DNA from: Gemella bergeri ATCC 700627 | GTDB taxonomy: Bacteria > Bacillota > Bacilli > Staphylococcales > Gemellaceae | Length of the DNA stretch: 24,000 nt | Assembly (NCBI RefSeq): GCF_000469465.1 | Contig: NZ_KI271850.1 | Span: 3,479 to 27,478 of the forward strand | Direction: 5' to 3' | Shown: positions 9,858 to 18,302 of the stretch, piece by piece | Numbering within the stretch: position 1 is the stretch's first letter | Layout: every line of letters begins with the position of its first letter | Program-made: the position numbers and the translations under genes | The notes under the pieces: model-generated | Seen by the model: only the letters and a program-made list of their open reading frames with translations | The model's database searches: none | What the model was told of the DNA's origin: nothing

Positions 9858-9912
9858 ATTGACTAAAATTGACCTTTAAATAAATTATACTATAAAAGTA
9901 TCTTAGTTGCAA
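9858..9912 (-). promoter_or_regulatory. ctsR-clpC promoter with CtsR operator
   Basis: Minus strand: TTGCAA (9912-9907), 17 nt, TATAAT (9889-9884). This is followed by the direct heptad repeat GGTCAAT-TTT-AGTCAAT (9875-9858), against the CtsR consensus (A/G)GTCAAA-NAN-(A/G)GTCAAA. Confidence 0.8.
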
Positions 9913-9987
9913 TTACAACGGATAACAAATAATATAGTTGAAAATTAATATATATATAATTTTACACTGATATTTGTAATATTATCT

Positions 9988-10027
9988 CAAAAAATAAAAG
10001 CATAGAAGCTACTTACCTCTATGCTTT
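9988..10027 (-). terminator. Intrinsic terminator of the yjdF-like gene
   Basis: 10-bp perfect stem aaagcataga (9998-10007) / tctatgcttt (10018-10027). It overlaps the last codons and the stop, and is followed on the minus strand by TTATTTTTT. Confidence 0.75.
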
Positions 10028-10422
10028 CGTTTCCTTTTAAGCTGTTTAAGTTCAAATAAATATTTTTTACGCTCCTCTCTTTGTATTGAACAATTTTTCT
10101 TGCGTTCTTTTTTATATTCTTCAAATTGTAATTTCAGTGCTTGTTGTGACTTTGATGAAAATGTTTTATCGCAAGATTTTTTTACAGCACGCTGTAATCG
10201 TTTAGGATTTTTTATTTTTACTTTTTTCTTAGTCGTTACACTTGAACCAAAATTAAATTTAGTATAATAATTATTTATGTACTCATATACTTCTTTGTCA
10301 TTCGGTTCTTTTCCAAAAGTCACCTTAACTGCTGAAAGTTTTCCATCTACAACCCTTTCAAAAACACCAATCCAAAAAGAATTATCAAAAAATATATTAC
10401 ATGAAATTGATACACGGTTCAT
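10009..10422 (-). CDS. yjdF: DUF2992 / YjdF-family protein (function unknown, very basic C-terminus)
   Basis: The FFDNSFWIGVFERVVDGKLSAVKVTFGKEPNDKEV N-terminal block and the NPKRLQRAVKK...SKSQQALKL...KRKRKHRGK tail match my recollection of B. subtilis YjdF. I prefer ATG 10422 (SD GGAGG 7 nt upstream) over the TTG at 10425 used by the track. Confidence 0.8.
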   Translation of the reverse strand: MNRVSISCNIFFDNSFWIGVFERVVDGKLSAVKVTFGKEPNDKEVYEYINNYYTKFNFGSSVTTKKKVKIKNPKRLQRAVKKSCDKTFSSKSQQALKLQFEEYKKERKKNCSIQREERKKYLFELKQLKRKRKHRGK

Positions 10423-10429
10423 CAAATAT

Positions 10430-10545
10430 CCTCCTTTAATTTTTATAAAAAAGAATGGACAACCAAGGAGGAAGGTTACTTACAGTAGCTATTTGATTTT
10501 CAAATACTCTCTGCGGCCGGACTACCAACCAGCACTGTGTTTTTA
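10430..10545 (-). promoter_or_regulatory. Structured 5' leader, probable yjdF-class (azaaromatic) riboswitch
   Basis: Minus-strand leader after TATAAT (10569-10564): ACACAGTGCTGGTTGGTAGTCCGGCCGCAGAGAGTATTTGAAAATCAAATAGCTACTGTAAGTAACCTTCCTCCTTGGTTGTCC...AAAGGAGGATATTTGATG. It has a closing helix ACAGT-GCT / AGC[T]ACTGT and a perfect hairpin TATTTGA-AAA-TCAAATA. An anti-SD CCTTCCTCCTT is complementary to the SD. Its position upstream of a DUF2992 gene is the defining context of the yjdF motif. Confidence 0.55.
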
Positions 10546-10937
10546 TCTTTTTTCTATATATTTATTATACATCTAACTATTTTTCTTGTCATCAAAAAAG
10601 AACATTTCCTAAATGAAAATGCTCTTAGCTTGTTTACTCCCTTGTTTCTATCCTCATTAAAGACATTGGGTTAATCCTGTGACAATAACGTATAATATAC
10701 AAATTAACCATATAGCATTATCTCACTAAACTGAATAATACTATTTCTCACGTTTTTATTATACCCCTTTTACTATTTTTCTGCAAGCGGAAACATTTAA
10801 AAATATTTATTATAATTAAAACAATATATTAGATTATCTTTAATAAAAATATATATTAAAATAATAATCGTGATAAGAATACAATAAATTTCGTCTTTTT
10901 TCTGCTCTCAGATTTCCAAAAGTATAACTATTTAAAT

Positions 10938-10966
10938 TTGCACATTGACCAATTTTGATATATAAT
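10938..10966 (+). promoter_or_regulatory. clpP promoter with CtsR-like operator in the spacer
   Basis: TTGCAC (10938-10943), 17 nt, TATAAT (10961-10966). The spacer ATTGACCAATTTTGATA read on the other strand is TATCAAA-ATT-GGTCAAT, a degenerate CtsR heptad repeat. Confidence 0.6.
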
Positions 10967-10999
10967 ATCAAGTGAAATATAAATTTAGGAGGAAACACA

Positions 11000-11656
11000 A
11001 TGAATTTAATTCCTACGGTAATAGAACAAACATCTCAAGGAGAAAGAGCGTACGATATTTACTCAAGATTATTAAAAGATAGAATTATTATTCTCGGTTC
11101 CGATGTAAATGACCAAGTTGCAAATTCAATTACAAGTCAATTATTATTTTTAGAAGCACAAGACAGTGAAAAAGATATTTACTTTTACATTAATTCACCG
11201 GGCGGAAGTGTAACAGCAGGTTTTGCAATTTATGATACAATGCAACACATAAAATGTGATGTTGTAACTATCTGTATGGGTATGGCTGCAAGTATGGGAG
11301 CATTCTTACTGACAGCGGGAACAATCGGGAAACGTTACGCACTTCCAAACGCAGAAGTAATGATTCATCAACCACTAGGTGGAGCACAAGGGCAGGCAAC
11401 AGAAATAGAAATAGCAGCTAAACATATTTTGAGAACGCGTGGAAAATTAAACAAAATATTAGCAGATAGAACTGGTCAGACAATTAAAACAATCGAACGT
11501 GATACAGAACGTGATAACTATCTAACTGCAGAAGAGGCTTGCGAATACGGTTTAGTTGATAAAGTTATGTATCCGGAAAATAATAAACTACAAAAAAAAG
11601 AAAAAATAAAAAAAGCAACAACTAAGAAAACAACTAAGAAATCGTCGGAAGAATAA
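11000..11656 (+). CDS. clpP: ATP-dependent Clp protease proteolytic subunit ClpP, with a Lys/Thr-rich C-terminal extension
   Basis: 218 aa. Catalytic Ser ([11 protein letters not shown]), His (MIHQPLGG) and Asp contexts are present. SD AGGAGG lies upstream of ATG 11000. Confidence 0.97.
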   Translation: MNLIPTVIEQTSQGERAYDIYSRLLKDRIIILGSDVNDQVANSITSQLLFLEAQDSEKDIYFYINSPGGSVTAGFAIYDTMQHIKCDVVTICMGMAASMGAFLLTAGTIGKRYALPNAEVMIHQPLGGAQGQATEIEIAAKHILRTRGKLNKILADRTGQTIKTIERDTERDNYLTAEEACEYGLVDKVMYPENNKLQKKEKIKKATTKKTTKKSSEE

Positions 11657-11743
11657 TTAACCTATTTTCTTTCTACTATTATGTTTATAGTTTACCTTAT
11701 CCATAGCTATGTATTGGTTAAATACACAAAATAATATATAAGT

Positions 11744-11777
11744 AAAAAAACACCGAAGAAAAAACTTCGGTGTTTTG
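11744..11777. terminator. Bidirectional intrinsic terminator between convergent clpP and rpsI
   Basis: Stem caccgaag (11751-11758) / cttcggtg (11765-11772) with loop aaaaaa. An A-run precedes it and TTTTG follows it. Confidence 0.85.
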
Positions 11778-11800
11778 ACGTTGGTGTATAAGACCAGATA

Positions 11801-12193
11801 TTAACGTTTTGAAAATTGAGGAGCACGTCTCGCACCACGAAGACCGTATTTTTTACGTTCTTTCATACGAGGGTCACGAGTTAGTAATCCTGCCGGTTTT
11901 AAATCTTTACGATATTCCGGATTTACTTCTAATAATGCACGAGCAATACCATGACGGATTGCTTGAGCTTGTCCGGTGTAACCTCCACCTTTAACGTTAA
12001 CTAAAACGTCATAATTTCCTGTAGTAGATGTAACTTCTAAAGGTTGCATTAAATCTAATACTAATGATTCTAATGGTAAGTATTCACGCATTTCTCTATC
12101 ATTGATAACAACTTTCCCTGTACCAGGTACTAATCTTACACGTGCTACTGAGCTTTTACGGCGTCCTGTACCGCGATATTCTACTTGTGCCAT
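11801..12193 (-). CDS. rpsI: 30S ribosomal protein S9
   Basis: 130 aa, [21 protein letters not shown]...[29 protein letters not shown]. Confidence 0.98.
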   Translation of the reverse strand: MAQVEYRGTGRRKSSVARVRLVPGTGKVVINDREMREYLPLESLVLDLMQPLEVTSTTGNYDVLVNVKGGGYTGQAQAIRHGIARALLEVNPEYRKDLKPAGLLTRDPRMKERKKYGLRGARRAPQFSKR

Positions 12194-12212
12194 TTAATTA
12201 TTTCCTCCTATA

Positions 12213-12650
12213 TTAACCACGTAATTCGTATTTTTCCGGTTTTTGTGCTGCATGTGGGTGTTCTGCTCCACGATAAACATGAAGTTTCATACCTTGAGCT
12301 CTACCTAAAGTATTTTTTGGCAACATACCTTTAATAGATAACTCTAAAAGTTCTTCCGGATATTTTTCCACCATTAATCCGGCAGTTCTTTCTTTTAATC
12401 CACCCGGGTGCATTGTATGACGACGATAAACTTTATCAGATAATTTTTTACCGGTCAACACAATTTTTTCGGCATTGATAATGATAACATTATCACCGGT
12501 ATCGATATGTGGTGTATAAGTAGGTTTGTGTTTTCCTCTTAAAATTGAAGCTACTTCTGATGATAAACGACCTAAAGTTTGTCCTTCAGCATCGATTACA
12601 TACCATTTTTTTTCTACAGTTGATGGCTTTGCCATATATGTTTGACGCAT
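12213..12650 (-). CDS. rplM: 50S ribosomal protein L13
   Basis: I place the start at ATG 12650 ([21 protein letters not shown], the canonical L13 N-terminus), with SD GGAGG 9 nt upstream. The 13 extra codons in the ORF track are leader sequence. Confidence 0.97.
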   Translation of the reverse strand: MRQTYMAKPSTVEKKWYVIDAEGQTLGRLSSEVASILRGKHKPTYTPHIDTGDNVIIINAEKIVLTGKKLSDKVYRRHTMHPGGLKERTAGLMVEKYPEELLELSIKGMLPKNTLGRAQGMKLHVYRGAEHPHAAQKPEKYELRG

Positions 12651-12774
12651 GTCTTGTTTTCCTCCTAGATGTTGTTTTAAATCTGTCATAACGACTAAGT
12701 TTTCCGGGGCTTACTCGTGAAGATATATAAACAATATCACTAGATATAATATCGTATTTAAAAGTAAATGTCAA
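12651..12774 (-). promoter_or_regulatory. rplM-rpsI promoter and about 90-nt structured leader (possible L13 autoregulatory leader)
   Basis: Minus strand: TTGACA (12774-12769), 17 nt, TATTAT (12751-12746). The leader contains the hairpin ACGAGTAAG-CCCCGGAAAA-CTTAGTCGT (12718-12691, one mismatch). Confidence 0.55.
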
Positions 12775-12867
12775 GTTATTTTCTTTACTTTTGTTATATA
12801 TTTTCCCGATCAATGAGTAAAGACAGGTATTGCAATTTTGACACTCACAACACTCTGTCTTCTTCTT

Positions 12868-14328
12868 TTATAATAATTCTAATGCCGATTTCACTCGTGT
12901 TCCCACACGTTTTTTACCTAATAATTCTAAACTTGTATTTAATTCCGGGCCGTGCATTGAACCGGTTGAAGCGATTCGAATAGGCATAAATAAGTTTTTG
13001 CCTTTCACCCCTGTATCTTTCTGAATTGATTTGATTAAAACTTTTATATTATCTGCTGTAAAATCTTCAATCGAATCAAGTTTTTCCAAGAAATTTTCAA
13101 ATACTATTTTTGTAGTTTCTTGTCTTAATATTTCCAACTCTTCTTCATCAAATGTAATATCTTGAGTGAAAAATTGTTTTGTTAATTTTATTATTTCCGC
13201 TCCGTAACTCATCTGTGGTTGATATAGTGAAATAAGTTTCTCAAACCACGCCTTATTGGTAATTATTTCTTCTTCAGTAGCCACTCCTTCTTTAACAAAA
13301 AATGGTAGTGCCAAATCTACTATTCTTTCAAGAGGTTGTGCCTTGATGTATTGATTGTTTATCCATGTTAATTTATTGTTATCAAAAAATGCAGGTGACT
13401 TACTTAAACGTTTTTCATCAAAAATTTTTACAAACTCTTCTTTTGTGAAAATTTCTTCTTCTCCTTCCGGCGACCAACCTAACAACGTAATAAAATTAAA
13501 CAATGCTTCCGGTAAATATCCTAAATCATCATATTGTTCAATAAATTGGATAATAGTTTCATCACGTTTTGATAATTTTTTCTTGTTTTCATTAACAATC
13601 AAAGTCATATGCCCAAAACGTGGTGCTTCAAATCCTAATGCCTCATAAACTACTAATTGTTTCGGAGTATTTGACACATGATCATCACCACGTAATACAT
13701 GTGATATTTCCATTAAATGATCATCAACGGCAACGGCAAAATTATAGGTTGCTACTCCATCATTTTTCACAATGACAAAATCACCAAAATCTTTTCCTTC
13801 AAATGATAATTCTCCTTTTACCATATCGTCGAAACTATATATTCTATCTTGAGGAACTCGAATACGAATAGATGGTTTTCTTCCTTCTCTTTCAAATGCC
13901 TCTTGTTCTTCTTTTGTCAAATGGGCATGTTTTCCGCTGTAACGTGGTGGCAGCCCGTTTGCGATTTGCTCTTCACGTTCTCTTTCTAATTCTTCTGCAG
14001 TCATGTAGCATTTATATGCTTTATCTTCTTCTAAAAGTTGGTTTGCATATTTTTGATAAATCTCAATACGTTCTGATTGACGATATGGACCAAATTCTTT
14101 TTCTTTTCCAATACCTTCATCATAATCAAGACCTAGCCAATTCATATATTTGAGTTGACTACGTTCTCCTTCTTCTTTATTACGTTTAAAATCCGTATCT
14201 TCTATTCTTAAAACGAAGTCCCCTCCGTAATGTTTAGCAAATAAATAATTAAATAATGCTGTCCGTGCATTTCCAATATGAAGATTTCCTGTTGGAGATG
14301 GTGCATATCGTACTCTTACTTTTTTCAT
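12868..14328 (-). CDS. gltX: Glutamate--tRNA ligase
   Basis: 486 aa with class I HIGH ([14 protein letters not shown]) and KMSKS-type (KLSKR) motifs. SD AAAGGAG is upstream. Confidence 0.97.
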   Translation of the reverse strand: MKKVRVRYAPSPTGNLHIGNARTALFNYLFAKHYGGDFVLRIEDTDFKRNKEEGERSQLKYMNWLGLDYDEGIGKEKEFGPYRQSERIEIYQKYANQLLEEDKAYKCYMTAEELEREREEQIANGLPPRYSGKHAHLTKEEQEAFEREGRKPSIRIRVPQDRIYSFDDMVKGELSFEGKDFGDFVIVKNDGVATYNFAVAVDDHLMEISHVLRGDDHVSNTPKQLVVYEALGFEAPRFGHMTLIVNENKKKLSKRDETIIQFIEQYDDLGYLPEALFNFITLLGWSPEGEEEIFTKEEFVKIFDEKRLSKSPAFFDNNKLTWINNQYIKAQPLERIVDLALPFFVKEGVATEEEIITNKAWFEKLISLYQPQMSYGAEIIKLTKQFFTQDITFDEEELEILRQETTKIVFENFLEKLDSIEDFTADNIKVLIKSIQKDTGVKGKNLFMPIRIASTGSMHGPELNTSLELLGKKRVGTRVKSALELL

Positions 14329-14370
14329 GGTTATCTCCTTTCGCTTTTTTCTAAAATTATAACACTAAAT

Positions 14371-14400
14371 ATTATATCATAGGTAACTACTTCTTTTCAA
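14371..14400 (-). promoter_or_regulatory. Putative gltX promoter
   Basis: Minus strand: TTGAAA (14400-14395), 18 nt, extended -10 TGaTATAAT (TATAAT = 14376-14371). A second TGtTATAAT lies at 14364-14356. Confidence 0.45.
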
Positions 14401-14469
14401 TGCGAAAAAAATATTATTAATAGACTTTTTTCACATTTTAAGTTAATATTTAACTAGGAGTGTTATATT

Positions 14470-15987
14470 ATGAATTATACAAACTTTAATATATTAAATA
14501 TAAATTTATCATATGTAATAGATTTAATTACAACATTTTTTAATAATATTAATTTTGATTTACTCTTAACATTGTTTTTAATTATTAATACAATACTCGC
14601 ATTTTCTATTGTTTTTTTGGAATATCAAACAGCATCTTCATCGTGGGCTTGGATTTTGGTATTATTTTTAATTCCTTATCTAGGGTTTATTTTATATTTG
14701 ATATTTGGACGTCCCATATATCGAGAAAAGATTTTCCCTTTCTCAGATGAAGAAAAAATTTCATATCAGGAACGGCTGTTGAATAGAACAACACCATATG
14801 AAATTACGAAAGATGAACAACTTATACATAAATATAGAAATTTAATCGAATTGAATTATGAAACGGATAAGGCATTTTTATCAAAAAATAATAAAATTAA
14901 GATTATAACCGACGGTAAAGAAAAATTTGATCTACTATTTGAAGATATAAAAAATGCTAAAAATTATATCCATGTCCAATACTATATTTTAAAAAAAGAC
15001 GGTATAGGTAAACAACTTTTTAAACTTCTTGAACAAAAACTAAGAGAAGGAGTTGCCGTTTATATTTTGTATGATGACATTGGTTCCAGAAAACTTAGCA
15101 TATCTTCTTTAAGAAATTTAACTAAAAATAATGCTAAAATAAAAAGTTTTTTTAAAGCAAAATTACCGATAATAAACTTTCGTATGAATTATAGAAATCA
15201 TAGAAAGATTGTTGTTATCGATGGTGAAATTGGTTATACCGGTGGTTTTAACGTTGGCGATGAATATTTAGGGCTGGATAAAAAGTTTGGTTATTGGCGT
15301 GATACACATCTTCGTATAGAAGGTGAAGCTGTAGGATCTTTAGAATATCGTTTTATTGATGATTGGAACTCTCAATCATCTAAAAAAGCCGAACAATTAA
15401 GTCTAAGGCCTGATTTTATAGCTACTCATGTAAATAATTATACACCTATACAAATAGTGTCGAGTGGGCCGGATAGTAAACTTGAAAAAATAAAATATGG
15501 TTATCTCCAAATGATTTCACGTGCTAAAAAGTATATTTATATACAGTCACCATACTTCATTCCTGACGAAAGTGTTATGAACGCACTAAAAATGGCTATT
15601 CTTTCCGGTATAGATGTAAGAATAATGGTTCCAAATAAGCCTGATCACATTTTTGTATATTGGGCTACCTATTCTTACATTGGGGAATTAGCATCTTTCG
15701 GAGCAAAAACTTATATCTATGATAACGGTTTTATCCACACAAAAATGATTATAATAGACAATGAAGTTACCAGTATCGGTAGTGCCAACTTTGACTATCG
15801 TAGTTTTAAATTGAACTTTGAAATGAATGCCTTTATTTATGATTATCAAACTACAAATACATTCAGAAAAATATTTTTACAAGATATTGATAAATCTATT
15901 TTGGTTTCATATTCAAAATATCAAGAACGTAGTATTATTATTAAAATTAAAGAAGCATTTGCAAGATTAATATCACCTATTCTTTAG
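14470..15987 (+). CDS. cls: Cardiolipin synthase (PLD superfamily)
   Basis: 505 aa with two N-terminal TM helices and two HKD motifs (HRKIVVIDGEIGYTGGFNVGDEY; HTKMIIIDNEVTSIGSANFDYRS). Confidence 0.95.
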   Translation: MNYTNFNILNINLSYVIDLITTFFNNINFDLLLTLFLIINTILAFSIVFLEYQTASSSWAWILVLFLIPYLGFILYLIFGRPIYREKIFPFSDEEKISYQERLLNRTTPYEITKDEQLIHKYRNLIELNYETDKAFLSKNNKIKIITDGKEKFDLLFEDIKNAKNYIHVQYYILKKDGIGKQLFKLLEQKLREGVAVYILYDDIGSRKLSISSLRNLTKNNAKIKSFFKAKLPIINFRMNYRNHRKIVVIDGEIGYTGGFNVGDEYLGLDKKFGYWRDTHLRIEGEAVGSLEYRFIDDWNSQSSKKAEQLSLRPDFIATHVNNYTPIQIVSSGPDSKLEKIKYGYLQMISRAKKYIYIQSPYFIPDESVMNALKMAILSGIDVRIMVPNKPDHIFVYWATYSYIGELASFGAKTYIYDNGFIHTKMIIIDNEVTSIGSANFDYRSFKLNFEMNAFIYDYQTTNTFRKIFLQDIDKSILVSYSKYQERSIIIKIKEAFARLISPIL

Positions 15988-16016
15988 TTGTTTTTAAATA
16001 AAAGATATGTTATATT
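15988..16016 (+). promoter_or_regulatory. Putative prsA promoter
   Basis: TTGTTT (15988-15993), 17 nt, extended -10 TGtTATATT (TATATT = 16011-16016). Confidence 0.4.
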
Positions 16017-16050
16017 TGTAAATAGTTATTAACTTATGGAGGAAATTTTA

Positions 16051-16998
16051 ATGACAAAATTAAAAAAAGCTATTTTACCTGTAGCTCTTAGTATCTCTGT
16101 TATCGGTTTAGCAGGTTGTTCTTCTGGCGGAACAAAATACATCTCTAGTAAAGCCGGCGATGTTACGGAAAAAGATATAGTAGAAAGCATTGGTTCTAGT
16201 CAATTATCTAAAACGGCAACAAGTATGATGATTCAAAAAGTTCTTTTAGATAAGTATAAAGGAAAAATTGATGACAAAGCCATTGATGAAAAACTTAAAA
16301 AAGCTGAAGAGCAATACGGTGGAAAAGAAAAATTTGAACAATTATTAAAACAACAAGGTTTCACCCTTGATAAATATAAAGACGGTCTTAAGGTCAAAGC
16401 TGCTCAAACACTTATGATTAACGAATACAACGGTGTTGACGATGAAACAATAAAACAAAGTTACGAAAAAAATAAACATCAATATCACCTTGCACACATC
16501 TTAATCAGTGTTAAAAGTGAATCAAACCCTAGTGGACTGAGCGATGAAGACGCTAAGAAAAAAGCTGAAGAAATTCTGAAAAAAGTTAATGACGGAGAAG
16601 ATTTCGCTAAACTTGCTAAAGAAAATTCTAAAGACACAGCTAATGCCTCTAATGGTGGCGATTTAGGTTGGTCTTCTAAAGAAGATAACTCTTTCGTTAA
16701 AGAATTTAAAGAAGCTGCTTATGCCCTTGAAAAAGGCAAAACTTCAGATGTAGTTAAAACTTCATTCGGGTATCACATAATCAAATTATTAGACACAAAA
16801 GATTCTACTTTTGAAGAATTAAAACCGTCACTTGAAGAAAAATTAGCGGAAGAAGCTGTAAAAAGTGATCCAACAGTAGTAAGCAAAGCGCTTAAAAATA
16901 TTTTCGAAGAATATAACGTAAAATCTAGCAACAGCGATGTTGAATCTTACATTAAATCTATGTTGGAAGGAAACACTTCAGGACAATCAGGACAATAA
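16051..16998 (+). CDS. prsA: Foldase lipoprotein PrsA (parvulin-type peptidyl-prolyl isomerase)
   Basis: I place the start at ATG 16051, with GGAGG 8 nt upstream. Signal peptide with lipobox LAGC (MTKLKKAILPVALSISVIGLAGCSS). Parvulin core: HILISV...GGDLGWSSKED..FVKEF...SFGYHIIK. Confidence 0.93.
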   Translation: MTKLKKAILPVALSISVIGLAGCSSGGTKYISSKAGDVTEKDIVESIGSSQLSKTATSMMIQKVLLDKYKGKIDDKAIDEKLKKAEEQYGGKEKFEQLLKQQGFTLDKYKDGLKVKAAQTLMINEYNGVDDETIKQSYEKNKHQYHLAHILISVKSESNPSGLSDEDAKKKAEEILKKVNDGEDFAKLAKENSKDTANASNGGDLGWSSKEDNSFVKEFKEAAYALEKGKTSDVVKTSFGYHIIKLLDTKDSTFEELKPSLEEKLAEEAVKSDPTVVSKALKNIFEEYNVKSSNSDVESYIKSMLEGNTSGQSGQ

Positions 16999-17003
16999 TA
17001 TTT

Positions 17004-17098
17004 AAAAATCCTAGGCAATCAAAACCGAAATACCCTCAGAAGTTAGACAACTGAAGATCTAACTTCTGAGGGTATTACAAACTTTGACTAGGATTTTT
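17004..17098. terminator. Long nested inverted repeat; probable bidirectional terminator between prsA and the oxidoreductase gene
   Basis: Outer stem aaaaatcctag (17004-17014) / ctaggattttt (17088-17098). Inner perfect 19-bp stem aataccctcagaagttaga (17029-17047) / tctaacttctgagggtatt (17058-17076). T-runs follow on both strands. Confidence 0.65.
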
Positions 17099-17238
17099 TA
17101 TTTGTAACATGGATACAATTATATCAATTAACTCTTTTACAAGCATCATAGCTGAATTATCAATCAATATTACATTTATCAAATGTTTTTTATTTATGTT
17201 ATAAACCGGAGATGTTTTAAAAGAAATTTTTAACAATT

Positions 17239-18198
17239 TTATCCGATTGATTTTTTGGCTTTATCCAACACTTTCATTACCGACAAACTATGTCTTTTTT
17301 GCTTATTAACAAATATAAAATCCCTTTCCATTATCACCTGTGAAATTTTCTTAAATTCGGCATACATTCTATGGCTATGACTGTTATCGTTAATATTTTC
17401 CTTAACTATATCCTCAGTTTTTAAGCTATAGTTTGCCACTTCATTAGTTGGACCTGTCACCTGTACTAAACCTTTATCCCCCTGAATATTAACATAGCTA
17501 TTATTGAAGGTATCTTTTGCTGCTATACATACCGCTTTAAATTTATCGTAAATCAAAACTAAAACTCCTGAAGTATCTATATCATTGATAATATTAGGAA
17601 AATAATTTACAGTTTGCGGTTCTCCAAAAATCCCGATAATAAAATGAATATTATAGATATTCAAATCATTAAGAACACCTCCACCATGCTCCTTGCTGAA
17701 TACAGGTGCTATTTTTCCTTCTTTAAAATCCTTATACCGAGATGACAACTGAGAAAAATTACACTCAATAAGTCTTATTTCCCCTATTTCTTTTACAGCT
17801 TTTTTTATTTCATAATAATTTTCTAAATACTGATTTGTTATAGCTTCTATTAAAATTAAATTTCTACTTTCAGCTAATTCAAATAGCTCTCTTGCTTCTT
17901 CACAATACAATGTAAAAGGCTTTTCACAAATAACATTTTTATTTGCCAGTAAAGATTTTTTCACAACACTATAATGAATATTATTCGGTATAGCTACATA
18001 AACAGTATCAATATCTTTATCAGTCAAAAATTCATCAATATTTGTATATATTTTTTTTATTCTATATTTTTTACTAAGTTTTTCCAGATTTTCCCTATTT
18101 CTCGCTACTATTGCTTCTAATTCTATTTCCGGCAACTCATCTGCTATACTAAGAAAATCCTTTACTATCATTCCGGATCCAATAATTCCTAATTTCAT
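17239..18198 (-). CDS. Gfo/Idh/MocA-family NAD(P)-dependent oxidoreductase
   Basis: 319 aa. N-terminal Rossmann motif MKLGIIGSGMI, and the EKPF motif (VICEKPF) typical of the family. SD AAAGGAG is upstream. Confidence 0.85.
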   Translation of the reverse strand: MKLGIIGSGMIVKDFLSIADELPEIELEAIVARNRENLEKLSKKYRIKKIYTNIDEFLTDKDIDTVYVAIPNNIHYSVVKKSLLANKNVICEKPFTLYCEEARELFELAESRNLILIEAITNQYLENYYEIKKAVKEIGEIRLIECNFSQLSSRYKDFKEGKIAPVFSKEHGGGVLNDLNIYNIHFIIGIFGEPQTVNYFPNIINDIDTSGVLVLIYDKFKAVCIAAKDTFNNSYVNIQGDKGLVQVTGPTNEVANYSLKTEDIVKENINDNSHSHRMYAEFKKISQVIMERDFIFVNKQKRHSLSVMKVLDKAKKSIG

Positions 18199-18258
18199 AC
18201 TAATCTCCTTTGTTATCTTTTATAATCTCATTATATACTATCTTTAAAAGAAAATCAC

Positions 18259-18300
18259 AAAAACTTCATTAAAACGCTTAGCGGTTCTAACGAAGTTTTT
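18259..18300 (-). terminator. Intrinsic terminator after dedA
   Basis: On the minus strand: ACTTCGTTAGAACCGC-TAA-GCGTTTTAATGAAGT followed by TTTTTGTGATTTTC. The mismatches become G-U pairs only on the minus strand. It abuts the dedA stop. Confidence 0.7.
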
Positions 18301-18302
18301 TT

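Noticed and set aside
10277-10576. 99-aa plus-strand ORF, and an apparent plus-strand SD (AAGGAGGAAGG at 10464-10474).
   Set aside because: It is antisense to the yjdF-like gene and its leader. The SD-like string is the complement of the minus-strand anti-SD (CCTTCCTCCTT) of the putative riboswitch expression platform.
10600-10937. 340-bp spacer between the divergent yjdF-like and clpP promoters, including a 15-codon ORF (MKMLLACLLPCFYPH, ATG at 10613).
   Set aside because: No SD, no recognisable RNA motif, no repeats. It is treated as ordinary AT-rich intergenic DNA.
12586-12813. 75-aa minus-strand ORF spanning the rplM 5' end and its promoter.
   Set aside because: It is out of frame with L13, covers the TTGACA/TATTAT promoter and leader, and has no SD. 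It is an artefact of an open frame.
12775-12867. Hairpin AAGACAG...CTGTCTT after the gltX stop, as a terminator.
   Set aside because: 7-bp stem with a loop of about 28 nt and no U-tract on the minus strand, so it is not convincing. gltX may read through into the rplM promoter region.
14329-14469. Possible T-box leader upstream of gltX.
   Set aside because: Only about 45-60 nt lies between the promoter candidates and the ATG. That is far too short for a T-box, and no T-box sequence (AATTAGGGTGGTACCGCG-like) is present.
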